DNA from: Lingula anatina
Taxonomy: Eukaryota > Animalia > Brachiopoda
Assembly: GCA_051362555.1 (NCBI GenBank)
Contig: CM120644.1
Coordinates: 10,996,567 to 11,060,566 of the forward strand
Length of the DNA stretch: 64,000 bases
Reading direction: 5' to 3'
In this document: piece by piece, positions 12,081 through 27,279 of the stretch
Layout: each line of letters starts with the position of its first letter
Numbering within the stretch: the first letter of the stretch is position 1
Position numbers and translations under genes: made by a program
Notes under the pieces: generated by a model
The model's database searches: none
Seen by the model: only the letters and a program-made list of their open reading frames with translations
What the model was told of the DNA's origin: nothing

Positions 12081-14213
12081 GGCATACTGTCTTCTCTCCC
12101 TTGGTCTTGGATTGTGTACTGTTTGTTTATTTATTTATGATAATAATAATTATTATTTTTGTAATTGTTAAGAGAAAGATAGGTCTAAAGATTTGGCCTC
12201 TCCTGACATTTTAGAAACTGTTATAGCTGTCTTACTGTGGGGTGATTTATTACATAAAATTCTTCGTTGTGTTCCGTAAATTGAATGTTCAAAAATTCAA
12301 GTGGAATAAACAGGACGAGATGTGAATCAATTTCAAATAAAAAAATATTATACATATGTATCGGTGCGAAAGACCTGATGCCTTTTGCGTCAGGTCAGCA
12401 TGATTTCTACAAAAACGTTTTCATGTTAATGCCAACAGAATATTAGTCACTAAATAAAGATATTATTAGCGGACAATAAGGGGGGAATTGGTTCTTCTAG
12501 AACATGTAGACAAGCACTTGTGCGCCAGATTAGCATGTTAGGTGTCGTTTCAACGCTGAATGGAGTCACATTCTTTTTGGATTAGGGCCTATATGACTGC
12601 ACTGCGCTTTTACAACGACCGGTAATGCACAGGTAGTTTTTATCTATTCTTTTTTCAAATCTCATTCCAGAGTTTTTGCTTGCAGTCATGCAATGTTTTT
12701 GTGAAAATAACAACGTGGACGATTTTCTATGTGCGCAATTGTTGGCAACTTTATGGTGGAAATGGCTACAGAAAAACAAACGCTGGAGTGGAGAATGCAT
12801 TACCTTTATGTTTTACTAGGTATTCAAATATCTCTGACAGGCGGACTGCGTTACAGTAGCAGAGCACAATGCGCAGTATTGCGCCTTCACATGGTGCAGC
12901 ATATTTAAAGTTTCCCATTTTTCTATAAAAACTTAACTTTCATTTTTATATAATTTTTTTCCAAGATTTACAAGAAAAATTGCATTGATGTTTATGTGAC
13001 TAATTTTTTTTTAGTTTTGTTTATTTTCATTTTTTCTGTTTACTACGACCCTTCCTTCAGCTGTGAACGAGAGGTTAAATTTTTTAAAGAAAAGAGAAAA
13101 ATCCAATCTAATTCCCGGATTCCCCTTAATGCTGAAATCACAGAATTAAAAAAAATATCTGCACTTAATCCTCTGAATGTTCCTTTTTTAGCATTATATT
13201 CTTGTATTCAATCGAGTGTGCTCAGTATCAGACTCATTACTGTCCTAAAATACCTGTCGTGAAATATGGTAGCTGAAAAAGGAAACGTCAAGCCCGAGTT
13301 CAGCAATAAACACTTTTCCGGTATCATAATTTATAATTGTTAGATTTATTCTATCTAATCAATAGACAGTCCAAAAATAATAGCAGGGACAAAATCAAAA
13401 TTTTAAGTTTCTAAAGGTAAGCTGCTTAAGCTGAATGAGGCACTATTTATCTAATGGACTTAAACGCGGGGCAAAAAGTAAAGCATTGAATAGAGAAGGG
13501 CAAAACAAAAGTTGATATCTCGGTTTCCAGACGCCATTTACTTCTTGTGCTGCCTTAATTGTGAAGAGACACAAGGAATACCCGGCTTTCCACACTCCAA
13601 GCCCCAAATATCAATAAAACACGGGAAACGGACCGATCTGAATCTCCGTATTTACAGATATCATGTAACAACAACGTCAATATCTTGTGGTTCCTATTGT
13701 CAGGAGTGATGTCTATTTGTTGACTTGCAAAGTCCACATCATTTCATAAGCTTGGATCAAGTTTCGCCAGTACGGATTCAAGCGGTTTTCAAAACAACGG
13801 TGGTCGCCCGGCACTCGTTGTTCAGATTTGTTGAACATCGCATTAGCGAGCGTCGGTATTTTGTTTAGAAGGACTGGGGGAATAAACGGACCCGATTATG
13901 TCAAACCTAGCGGCCCCGATCTAGTATTTAAACTTATTCTGACCTTTAGAATAACACCTGTGCTACGGAAGGTGGGCGTCATACAGGCCAGGGGCAAGAC
14001 TGACAAGCATTGTGCCCCTTTCAGGCATTGGTATTGGAAGGACAATATCTGCGTTATTCTTACATGTTCAATGACACGACTTTCCGGAAGCGTGTGGACA
14101 TTGGAAATGCCCTTGGGCAGACAGGGCGCGGTGTGAAGATAGGAAACGCAGACTTGTGTCAAGGTTTTCAGGCCTAAGATTGCTTCAAGCGGTAATCGAA
14201 TTGTCAAAACGTG

Positions 14214-14218
<5 letters not shown>

Positions 14219-14290
<72 letters not shown>
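14219..14290. repeat. (GA)n microsatellite
   Basis: About 35 GA units. Confidence 0.95.
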
Positions 14291-14552
14291 CTAAAGTAAT
14301 GCGTTAAGCCGTTAAAGTAAAATAAATAGTGAAATTTTTAAGCTACTGTATCTTTAAATGTGAATCGAGTCGTGGGCGTGCCTGGAAAAAATGACTTTTG
14401 AGTTACTTTTCTGTATCCCATTTCGCATGACTTTAATAAATGTATAAAATGCATAATGCTGCATTTTCCACCCAGTAGTGTTTATAATACTTTACTCTCA
14501 CTACCAGGGTCTATCTCTAGAAAGTTGGATGTGTAACTTACCATATAGAATG

Positions 14553-14569
14553 TATTATTATTATTATTA

Positions 14570-14634
<65 letters not shown>
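14553..14634. repeat. (TAT)n microsatellite with CAT interruptions
   Basis: Visible directly; source of the poly-Y ORF 14478..14705. Confidence 0.9.
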
Positions 14635-17600
14635 TATCTCTGTACATCTCCACCAGCTTAGTCTGCTTCATAAGTAGGGCCTATAAATTCAGAATATATG
14701 CATAAGCATCATTCTTAGTACGATGAAATTCGAATAAAAATCACATGAAATTGTATACAGTACCACAAAAAATAAAAATAAAAAACGGCAAATTGATTAA
14801 AGTTTTACGACAGCACCAATATAGTGCTTTCATGAGGCCGGGAGAACAAGCCCAAATCTTCGTCATATACTTATCTCTTTAAGTGCATTGGCCATTTCAC
14901 GACGGCCTTCAAAGCGGTAAAACATAGAACTAGACTACTGACCAAGTAGCCGTTGTCCAGCTAGGCCAATGTTTTGGTAGTTGGAGTAATTTATGAAATA
15001 TTATCTCCGCATTATAGGCCATTCACGTCCCGTCAAGTGCCTATTCTCGCCTCTCTTTTGTTGGGGCATGGTTTTTACGGCGTGGCTATCTGAACGTATG
15101 TGGATATAGCCGAGATTTATATTGGAACCGCGGTCAAATGTTGTCAAATAAATCAGTTGACACTTCAGAGGCCGCTGAGATATTTTACTGTCTTTGTTGT
15201 CGTTTTATTGAGTTGACAGTAGAGGTTCATTCGCTGGCTCGGCAAATTTAAAAGCTGCTTCCAACACCGTTTTAACTATAATCGTTGTTTGATAAACGCC
15301 ATGTAATGTTATCTCTAAATAATATGATCAGCAAAATAAACAGGTAGATTGGCCCATTTAAGGACATCGCGGTCCGCTTACAATAGCCCCTACGCCTTGC
15401 AAATTTGCAACCAAACCCTCTTCTCTTTTGAATTAGCCCAGAAACAGTTTTAATTAAAAACGTCGCTGTATGCAGCCTTATATTATGTGCAGGATTAGGG
15501 GTAATCTCCAATATATTGACTTGGATCGGGATAAATGTTCATCTCCTGGATACATTAACTAAGAATATGTTAATCCGTTTGTAAAGATTGATGCACTGAA
15601 GAATGCTGCACCTGCGCTCACGTGAAATGAAGAGAGTGCGCATTCGTTTACTTATTAGATTTGTTATTCTATGACCTGCGATGAAAGTAATTTAATTTAT
15701 TTTCTTTTGAATTGCCGACTCTTTTTGAAGTTTTGGCATAAGATGAAGAGAAAAGAGAAAAATGACCAAAGGTAAGAGGTGAGATGATAAGTCTTTCTGA
15801 GTGGACATGTGCCGCTACTTTCGCTTCTGAAGTGTATACTTTAACCTTTTCTCCCTAAAAAAATAGCATAACAAGCAAAATGAGAAAAAACCAGAAATTT
15901 TCCTTTCAATGAACAACATCTCACACTAGACCTGTCACCTACCCTCGTCTACTGTTTTTATTTTTCCCAATCCACGCTCAAGTAGGCCTATTATCTTTGT
16001 GTTCATCTTGGTGAAATTCTGGATCTGCCAACGATTGTGTGTCTGTGCTTGTGAAACTCGCTCATCATGTTTTTCTTCGACTATATATCTAACGGTAATA
16101 TTTTCGATTCTCTCTCTCTCTCTCTCTCATAGAAAAACACACAAACCATTCTGCCAACGCATACTGAAGTACCGATATCTTAGCGACATCATATCCCAGA
16201 TACCGCGACACGAGACCACGATTTACTACAAAGGGCACGTGCCTTAATAAAACGGCCACAGGGTGTAATGACTGCGAGCCGCACGCCAGACTGTGAATTG
16301 GAGTAGAGATAAAATACGAAATTGCTTCCGTCGAAATCTCAGTTTTATTGAATGCCTCATTGGTTGGAAGTTGTCTGATATTGAAAATTGTTTTCAACAA
16401 TTTTGGATCTCTAAGTAACAAATTGCTAGGTATAGGAGAGAGGAAAATAGTATCAAAACAATTTATGGAATATTTTATTGATGAAAGTTGGCTTTTTGAG
16501 TTTCGATTTTATAGTCGAATATAGTGAAATTTACAATAAGAAGACAGATGAGTAATTAAACGTTATACATATGCACCTGTGATCCCTGAAACAAAAACGG
16601 AAAAGAAAATATAGAAATGGATATCATAGTTGGAAATTTTATTTACTACGAAAGTGACGAAAAGTGTGATAACTTGCTGGAACACCAAAACAGGCAATCG
16701 AAGATGTATTTCGTCGATCTGCAAAATGTAAAATGAGGGAATGAAAAATTATGCTCCAAATAGTTTGCACCTACTTTTCGCTTCGATTATCCTATATTCA
16801 AATCACATAAGCAAATGAAATTTTTGGTTTCTTAATTGTGCAATAGAAAAACCTCTCTTATCTCCAAGAGAGCGCATCCGCGCGCGTGCATAGTGTGCCG
16901 TTACCAACAAGGTTCCTCGAGTGCTTTTCAATCGAGCCTCGCGCGGTGGTGTTTGCACTGTCATATCATAACCAGAGAAAACATGGAAACGCCGAAGCGG
17001 TACTTAAGTTCTGCTCCGCAGACGTCTCACAGACATTTTAACCGACTATTTGTTGCTCGTGCTTGTGACGTTCGCTAGACGTCCTTCCTTGGGTTTTAAA
17101 TGCAGACAGGATATTAATTTTTACATGCGGTGATTTTTAGTTGGGCAATATAACAGTATTTGTTGGATCTGCCACGTATGATTTGTGGATATACTTATAA
17201 GAAGTTGTTTTTATGCCTAAAAAAAAATGAAAAAAAAAAAAAAAAACGACAAACAACAGACCTGAACAAAATTTAATTGTTGAATGGCAAAATGGAAGCT
17301 TTTTACATGTACAATGTATTATGGATTTTTCTTTGGTCAAAAAGCAAACGGTATCTTTATCTTGCAATTTGTGATTTAAGCAGCATATGTAGAAAATGAT
17401 CATTTTTTAAAATTTTTATCCTTACGAGATATTGAAATTTAAAAAAAACATACAAGGCAAATAAAGTGCACTGTGTGTTGTCACAGTTGTTGGTTTCAAA
17501 GAGGGGAAGTATTTCAGCATTTTCGTAGTTTTATGTTTTTAATTCAACATAAATTATTTCAAACCCCATCTTATATTTTCGTTGCCAGTTAAAAAAGATT

Positions 17601-19017
17601 TTCACCATTTATCCCAAACCTTGAATTCATAACATTTACTACTGCTCATTTAGTTTTCATATTTATTAATTTTGTACTACTTTAAGTGTGATGCAGCTCC
17701 ACTGAGTTCTTTGACTTAGTACTTAGCTACATTACGCGTCTTTAAAAAGTCCTCAATATCCTGAGCTAATTCTAGACCAGTGATTTGTTTAACGTTTTTC
17801 ATTAGAAGTCACTATTAGACGCTGAAGAGCAGTGTAAATGTTGGGTAGAACAAGGAGTTATAACAGGAAATACATTGAAATTTGATGTCAGGATGACGTT
17901 ACGGAATGATTGAGTTCAAGTTTCCAGTACGAAGACCGTTGATCTGAAACTGTTCGGCGCTCCAAATTCCTTTTAAACCATTATCATTTGTGAATTCAAA
18001 ATTTGTTATAGATATAGTGTGTTTTATTCAGAAATACCGCCCAAGTTGTTTCATGCCACTTTTTTTTTAAAATTTTTGTGTGTACAATATGGATTTCTTT
18101 TTTGTATTTATTTATTTAGGCCTATTTATTTATTTATTAAAGCAGTTATTTATTTATTCTGTAAAGAAAATTTGTGCATGAAATAGGCCTACTTGTCAAT
18201 AAAAGTGATTATCTGAGTACCATATTTTCGATTCTTCTTTACCTTAGTGTCAACTGACAACATTTAACTTTTAATTTTCATCTATTTCGACAAAAACTGC
18301 GTCTTTCTAGGCCAAACAATTTCTCCTTAAACTAAATCCTTGACCAATCACTATTTCATTTAACACAGAGTGAGAAATGTCTTTCTATCCAGAAAATAAT
18401 TCTTTTATGACAATTATATTTATTCTGGCAATCTGGGAGATAGGACTTAATTCTAGCACCATTATTTCCTTTTATTGCCATGATGGACACTTACAGCGTT
18501 CACATTAACTTAAGGTCCCGGCAATAACGGCCCTTATCTTATCTAGAACGTTGCTCTTTTACACGACGCCGGAAAGGAACGCTTGCAGCGCACACGCCGT
18601 ACGCGCCTAAGTGATTTGTTAAGAACGTACGCACGTGTTGTGACGTGCGTAAACGATTTGCTCGCACGTGCAAAAGACGTAATCTCGTGGCAACTGCTTT
18701 ATGTCATACTAATTTAACCACGTGCTCTCGCCAATCACTCCCTCGAAACGGTCCGATTTAACGAATTAGTCGCTGTAGCGGCGGGGTGCCGGGAAACAAA
18801 TTGGATCAGAGGAGAGAGAAGTGAAAGCAAAGTGCGGCATATTATCCCCTGTTATTATCATTTGACTTTATCAGGTAATGCTTCTGCACTGCGCCATAAT
18901 GAGCTGATTGTGCACGACATCACGTCTGTCTTCTTAGAGGAGAAATTAATGAGACAGTTTTTCTAATGTTATTATTTTCATACGTCACTGATCTCTCTTT
19001 CTCTCTTTCTATCTCTC

Positions 19018-19057
<40 letters not shown>

Positions 19058-20360
19058 CTTAGCATGTAATATGTAAATAGGCCTACATTTCTTTGAAATA
19101 TTTCTACTTTCACTTTTTTCTTTATAACCAACCTATTGCTGATAACTTACTTTAAAAATATTTTAACCATTTTTTGCTACCTTTTGATATTTTTTTTCCA
19201 GAATTTGTTTTAAAAATGAGGCAATACCTTTCAGCGTTTTTACAGATTTCACCCACTTCTTGTTTTCATTTTTTCTTTTCAAATCATTCTCGGAAACCGA
19301 TGGCAATACGCACAATGATGACTGCCACCTCAGTTTTCTGTTGTCATCATTTTAATGAACACAACACAAGAAACAAAAATTGCCGCAGATTTTGTGCACA
19401 GATAGCATAAAATTGTAGTCAAACAAAAGACACCAAATAAAATTATTGTAACAATCAACTTAATCTCAACAATGAAAATTATCGTTGTAATTAGCATGTG
19501 TGGTCTGTGACATGGATTTGCATGATGGATTTTATTATCGATACAGTCCGTGATATTCATTGATACAAAACCACCTCTAAAGTTGATATCGTATGGAACT
19601 CGTAAAGAAAATGTCGAGGATATTAGAGTAATGAAAAGGTAGTAACAGAGGAATACGACCCTACAGAACTTATAAAAAAAAAAGGTCTTCATCATAAACA
19701 CTCCTACCACTGCGGTGTCTCATTACGGCAATCTCCAGAAAACCAATTAACCATGGCCTTGCTGCTATGTTTGCTGTTTATCACAAAACAATAAGATCCA
19801 CTCAGAAAAAAAATCGTGTCATTTCTTAAGGGTTAGAAGGCGTGAATGAAATTAAAATGTATTATGCGCCACAATTCGGTGATTAATTTCAAGGGAAATC
19901 TAATGAAGCGGGTAGGTTTACCGTTTCTGTGCGCTACTCATTCACTATGGCCGTGATTGTTCGGAGTCCTGCTATTGTTACGAAAAGCCATGGTGGCAAT
20001 TAGCCATCTGCCGCGCTTTGAACCCCGTCCTGGCATCTGTGGAGATGGGTGAGAGAGCCTCGCGCGCAAGCTCCAACTACATGCGAAGACGCAAGTCAAT
20101 GGCTTGATTCTGCATCTACTCGATTGAGCTTCTTAGGCAAAAGTCAAATGTTGGCCAATTTTAATAATTTAAATAATATTTAAAAAAATAATAATCTTCT
20201 TCATCTTAATTGTTGATTTATCATATCTTTTTCCTTTTTTTAAGTTTCTAATAGTATCCAAGGGAATTTTTTATTCCTAGGGATGTGCCTTTTTTTAATA
20301 CGACAAAAGTTCATATTTTCCTCGAGTGTAAGCGTAGGTTGACCATCATTCTAGAGAACC

Positions 20361-20418
20361 ATTATATTATATTATATTATATTATATTATATTATATTAT
20401 ATTATATTATATTATATT
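20361..20418. repeat. (ATATT)n pentanucleotide repeat
   Basis: About 11 tandem ATATT units. Confidence 0.9.
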
Positions 20419-21524
20419 GCGAGGAATAGTGGATTGCTTTGGGTCAGTTTATCTAGAAATGCATTTATTCTTTCAAATATCTTAGCGGCGAGCAGCCTTT
20501 TTTTACCAGCAAATCGTCCCATGTTGATCTACTTGGCGCTGTACATATCGTTTTTCATTATTTGTCACAAACATTTAGAGCTATTACATGATCGTCTGTA
20601 ATGGCTTCTTACGCCATCTGCGCACGTTGACCCCATCCGCCAAAATATCTTTCCTGGGTCAATACGTGTTAAGCCAATGGAGCGCGTCAGTTAATGACGG
20701 GTTTACAAAGGTGAGGGTATAAAGTCTAGTATCAGTGAAATGAAGAAATATTTTAATCATTTCTGCTCTGTATTGACATTATCCACCGTCTTTTCAAGAA
20801 CGTAATAAGCGTTTGTACACAGGCCATCTGCTCTTCTTGATCCATTTCTGCGGCCTTCCTCCTAAGCAAGTAACCTGTTACAGCGGTGGCGTGCATCCGC
20901 GCGTAAAACGTGCACTGAAGTTGTTTAATTGGTCGGGCAACAGTCTGTCGTGGCTCCGTCAATACACAGACTTATCAAAAACATAACATATTTTACACTT
21001 TAATGGGCATTTGTTAGAGTAATGTTTAACAAGTCAGGCAAAACACATTTAGAAAGAGACAACTGTACAACATAGCGTGCTTACATGTGATCGATATACA
21101 TGTTATTGTGAGCCGCAATGTGTTCCAATTCAAGTGTGTGTGTAGCCTACGCGTGCGTGTGTGTGCGTGTGCTTGTGCGTGTGTAAAAGTAACATCAAAA
21201 TATATTGGTACTTTTTATATGTATTGGTAAAACATTATTTATTCATTTATTTGTTACTTTGTTTATTTATTTATTTGTTAGTTAGTTTATTTATTGTTTG
21301 TTTGTTTTCTATTTGCTTTCCTATCCATCAGTTCATTCCCCCTGCTTTAAGTTATGTTTTAAACGCACATGTAGCGTCAAAATGAATCGTTAGAAATTAG
21401 GAGCAGTTTTATTTTAAGAGCAGTAAAGATACACAAAAGGAAGGGGGACGTTTTGCAACAATGTTGTCATCAATGAGAAGCATCTTGTTCACACTGCCCC
21501 CTATCGACAGCAAAGACTGTTTAC

Positions 21525-24500
21525 ATGGATTCCAAGATGGCCGGTGAACAAAATGATCCCGGTGCATCTATAATGCAAGAATTACAAGAGCATCTAAGAA
21601 CGGCAAACATTCCACTAAATAATTTGTCGAGTATAGCACAAAAGGGAGATGATAAGGTAAGGTCAGCTTGGTTTCGCCTTGCAGTTAAAGGTTTATTGTC
21701 GTGTTGTTAATGCCATTCTCTACTCCCACGACTTTGCGGTTTGCTCCAGCCTTTCATGGTGCTTGTTACCTGCAGTAACCTAAGTACCTAGCATGTAAAA
21801 ATCGTAACAACGTAATTTGTCTGCGTGTGACCTTATGGAGGAAAAGGTCGCTGGTCAAGGTTCCCCTATGGAAATTGTAAGTGTACATGTCGGAGCGTAC
21901 ACACTGTAGAACATGTCCTGATGTCCTGTGGAAAAGTCCTCTCACAGCAGACGTGGGGGAGAGATTTATTATCTTGGAAATCAGATCAGTCACAGTTCTT
22001 TTAGGAAAGACATATACTAGTTATATGTGTTAATATGTGTATCTCTTCATTTCCATCTTGACGGCTTGACTTGCTTGTATTGTGAAAAAAACAAATATAA
22101 TGATATTATAGTGTTCTTTAAACCCTGTACTACACACATGTACTTTTGTTCACACTTCAGAATGGATAAACTTTCTGTCTATATATAAGACAAAAAAAAA
22201 CTGAGGCAAAAAACTTGCGCTCTTATGGGTATGGGAAGTGATAACAAACACTATCTCTTTAACGTTTGTAATTGTAGATTGCATACCAGTAATTATTCTA
22301 GGGGGATCAGTGGTGGGGTTATATGTTGCAAAATACACATTGTGAATCAATCTTGCTTCTCTGTTTACAGTTATTTGTATTACTAGTAAATATTTTGTAT
22401 TTGTATTGAATATTAGTACCAAAAGATGTAATACTAATATGATGGTAATGTCACATCTTCATTGACACGGACAATTACCACTAGAGATTGACATGCTCCA
22501 CATGGAACTGTGTGCCTTGGATGCTTGCAGTTTGTAGATTTCCTTTATTTTGTCCAATTTTACCACTAATTTTGGTTTCTTTCTTTTAGCTGGTGGAGCA
22601 ATTCTTATCAGAAAATATAGAGCTGGAATCAGCAGGACCTAATGCCCTCCAGAGTCAGTTGTACATAGGTAAGTGCTGGTTCTGGCCCCAGTTTCACAAA
22701 AAAAAAACAAAAAAACTTAAGTCAGTTACCTGATTTAGTTGACTATGATTTCCATGAGAGTGCTATTACACTGCTCCTGATAGGGTAAGACTTGCCCATG
22801 TGACCATGTAACCTTGGTAATTAAGTTCTTAGCCAGGGAACCCGACTTAAGTTTTTTTTGTGAAACTGGGACCTGGGTATATACTGTACCACTTATGCCC
22901 TAGTTACATGTGTGTGGAGACACAGTTAGTAGCGACACCTGTACATTGAAGATACCAACCCTTCTTGATACCTGAACAACATTTCTATTCAAGCTATATT
23001 TTTGTGATGAGCTATACCCAGTTTATCTGTTCTTTTTAATTTTAATATGTTGTCCTAATTTTTATAACTTTCTATGTTGTTTGTGATGCACTCCAAATAT
23101 CCTTTGCAGTTTACATATTCACACCAACTGCTGATTGTTTATTTTTGTTTCAGCTTGTTTTTGGGGTGTGAAGGACATTGCCAGAGCACTTCTGATGAAA
23201 GGAGCAGGTGAGATAAGACAAAATCTGATAGAAATAAATTGCCTTTTTTTTTTTTTTTTTTGACTCTGTACATTTCTGTACTGTGTCTAGTAAGAATTTT
23301 TGCTCTGAATTTCAGAAATAATATACAAGCTGGGCTGGGGTTGAAATGGCTTTCTTGAGGTGCATACAGTACATGTAGTATTTCAAAATACCCTGAATAA
23401 ACCATTCTTTTGCATAAAAAATGCCAGCAATGTGTGTGTGTGTGTGTCTGTGTGTGTGTGTGTATGTGTGTGTGTGTTGAGGGGGCAGAAGAAGAACTGC
23501 ATCCACCTTTTATTTATGTCCTGGGTAAGGTTCCAGTTAATCATTTCCATTGTGTTATGGCCACACTTCACTGAGAGGAGGTTGATAAACTGTCACACCT
23601 AACACAATATTGCCTGTGTTTCCAGATGTGAATGCCAGGAACAGTACAACCCTGTGGACTCCCCTGCATGCTGCTACATTCCAGGAACATGGTCCTGTGA
23701 GTTGACAGTTGACTATTTATTTATTTATTTATTTATTTATTTATTTTAAATCACTGTTAATACCATTACCATATGACCCTTTTAAACTGTCTGCTATAAT
23801 ACACAGTACAATCACATTGTGTTTTTACCACCAAGAAGACTCAATAATATTCACTGCCTGAAATACTATAATAGAGCATGTACTGCATAAAACATTCATC
23901 CATGGCAGTTTTTTATTTTATTTTAAATTATTTTATTTTATTTTATTTATAATTTGGCAACCCAACTCTGGAAGTAATGGACAGAATTGGATAAAATTTT
24001 CAGGATAGATCAGAATTGGGATAACTTAGAATTGATTGGATTTTGGTTGCGATCCATGAATAAGCTGTCTTGGTGGAGGTTTGTGTTCTCTGATTGCTTG
24101 TCTAGTCTGCTCTGTAGTCTGTTTTATGTACCAATGTTTGTGACAATTATTTTACCCAGTTCCTTTGGTTTCCAGGTAGTTATGCTTTTATTAGACAATG
24201 GAGCTGATCCTAATTCTAAAGATGCTGAAGGAAGGTAAGTCTCTCTGTCCTAACCCTGTAACCACTAACGATGTTTATAAACTCAGCAATTTGGAAGCTG
24301 CAGAATTGGAAGGGCCAATTACGGAGGCAGAAGCAGCACAAACATTATCTAAAATGAAATCGAACAAATCCCCGGGAACTGACGGCTTTTCAGTTGAATT
24401 TCATAAGGTACTTTGGAGACAACTAAGCTCTTTTGTTGTCAGGTCAATTAATTTTGCTTACCAGACTGGCCAGTTATCGGTGAGGCAAAAACAAGGTATA

Positions 24501-27068
24501 ATTACTTGCCTCCCGAAGGGAGATAAACCACGCCACTTTCTTAAAAACTAGCACTCCATATCACTTCTCAATACTATATATACAAGATCATCTCGGGTTC
24601 GATAGCTGCTAGGGTAAAACTAGTGTTAGATAAATTAATATATCTGGAACAAACCGGATTCATGGCTGGTAGATATGTTGGAGAGAACACTCGACTTATA
24701 TACGATACAATGCAGTATACTGAGGAAGAAAATATTGACTTTGAAAAGGCATGCCATTCCTTGTCTTGGTCATTCATTCAAAAGGTTCTGACCTTTTTTA
24801 ACTTTGGTGATTCAGTCAGGAGATGGGTATCATTGTTCTACAATGACATCTCTGCTACAGTAAATCAAGGGATGTTGGAATTCTTTAAAATTAAAAGAGG
24901 ATGCCGTCAGGGGGATCCCCTCTCACCCTATCTCTTTATTCTATGTGCTGAAATATTGGCGGCGTTTATACGAAAGAATGATAATATAAAGGGTATTAAT
25001 GCAGGTGCAAAAGAATTAAAAATTTCATTATATGCAGATGACACTACTCTTATACTTGACGGGAGTGAAATGTTACTGAATGAATGTATGTTCGTCTTGG
25101 ATAAATTTCCGAAGATCTCCAGTCTGCATATCAATCTCTCTAAAACTGAAGTTATATGGATTGGGTCTAAGCGATACTCTAAAGATATCCTCTGCCCAAA
25201 ATATAGATTAGATTGGGGAAAAACTAGTTTCAAAATGCTAGGGCTAGAATTTGACGTAGATTTAGGTGAGATAATGAAGCAAAATATGGAGACCAAATTA
25301 ACTTCCATGAAAAAATATTTAATCAGTGGAAAGTAAGAAATATAACACCAATTGGTAAAATAACAGTAATAAAAACATTAGCCTTGCCAGTATTGAACCA
25401 TATATTTATATCGCTCCCAAACCCAGAGGAAAAACAGATTAAAGAATTAGAAAAGGGTCTTTTTTCTTTTCTCTGGAATAATAAACCTGATAAAATTAAA
25501 AGAAATATCATGATAAGAGATTATAAAGCTGGGGGCTTGAGGATGGTAAGCGTGAGGCATTTTATAACATCGTTAAAAATTCCATGGGTAAGAAGACTTA
25601 TGTTGGAAAATAAAGAATGGAAAAATATTATATCTAAATATGTAGACACTGAAAAACTAATCACATGTGGTACAGAATATATCTCAAAAATCTTGAAAAA
25701 CATAAAAAGTAGATTCTGGGTAGATGGCTTAGCAGCCTGGAAAGAACTATGTGGTACAATAATGGCCAATAAAATCAAGGATTTTGGCAACATTCCACTC
25801 TTTCTTAATAAAAATATACTTATTGGAAATGAATCTGTCATCTATAGATCGTGGTATGACAAAAACATTAGATTTGTTAATGATCTACTCCTGGACTCTG
25901 GAGAATTCTATGACTTCACTGCATTCAGGGATATCCATGGTATTGACAAAAATTTTGTTGAATACCATGGAATTATCTCAACCATAAAAGAATGGCTTGG
26001 TGGTATTCCTGAAAAATTACGTAAAATGGCCACTCCTTTAATTCCTGATCATATATTGTTGCTGTCAGGTTGTTCTAAAGGCTCAAAGATTTATTATAAA
26101 ACTTTAAGTAAAGTAGGTGTTCTTGAGATGTCAAAAGGTATGAATAAATGGAAGGTGTGTTAAATTTGGAGGAAAATGAATGCCTGAAGTTTTTTGAACT
26201 TCCTTTCACAATAACAAAAGACTCAAAGCTTAAGTGGTTCCAATTTTGAATTAATCATTATATCCTTACCACAAATTCACTGCTTTTCAATTATAAAATG
26301 GTCGACAACAGTATATGTTCCCTTTGCAAAGGAGCTGAAGAAACAACAGAGCATTTAAGTAAAGTAGGTGTTCTTGAGATGTCAAAAGGTATGAATAAAT
26401 GGAAGGTGTGTTAAATTTGGAGGAAAATGAATGCCTGAAGTTTTTTGAACTTCCTTTCACAATAACAAAAGACTCAAAGCTTCAGTGGTTCCAATTTTGA
26501 ATTAATCATAATATCCTTACCACAAATTCACTGCTTTTCAATTATAAAATTGGTCGACAACAGTATATGTTCCCTTTGCAAAGGAGCTGAAGAAAAAAGA
26601 GAGCATTTATTCTGGAATTGTGTAGTTACCCAAAACTTATTGACCAACTTGGTAGAATATATATTATCTAATACTCAAGTTACTCTACCTGTCTCAAAAA
26701 GGAATTGCTTAGTCTGCTCTACGAGCCTCTCTCCAATTGTTAATCTCATTATGTTGCAATTTAAATTTTATATTTATTTAAGAAGATGTTCACAGGGTAA
26801 ACCAATATTAGGAGGTTTGATTTCATTGCTTAGATATCTGGTGAAATCAGATAAGTCACTCTGTCAGTACACTTCAAATATAATTAAGTTATTTTCAATT
26901 TTAATATCTAGCGTACGACGGTGTAATTAATTAAAAAGGTGTTCTACAGTATAACATCTCTTATGTGTGAGTGTGTGAGCGAGTGTTTGTTTGTTTGTTT
27001 GTTTGTTTTTGCATTGTCATGTATTCGTGATGTATTGCGTCAATAAAAAAAAGTCTCTCTGTCCTCCT

Positions 27069-27132
<64 letters not shown>

Positions 27133-27241
27133 TTGCCATCGTTCATTCATTGCTGGTGAATAATTAAGGAGTTCATTTTAAAGTGTGGCATGAATGTGAG
27201 GCCTAGATTGCTGTACAAACATTGTTTTGCACGTTGTATGT

Positions 27242-27279
<38 letters not shown>

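Noticed and set aside
13828-14207. Overlapping ORFs of about 100 aa on both strands
   Set aside because: TTG starts, no domain, no convincing splice signals
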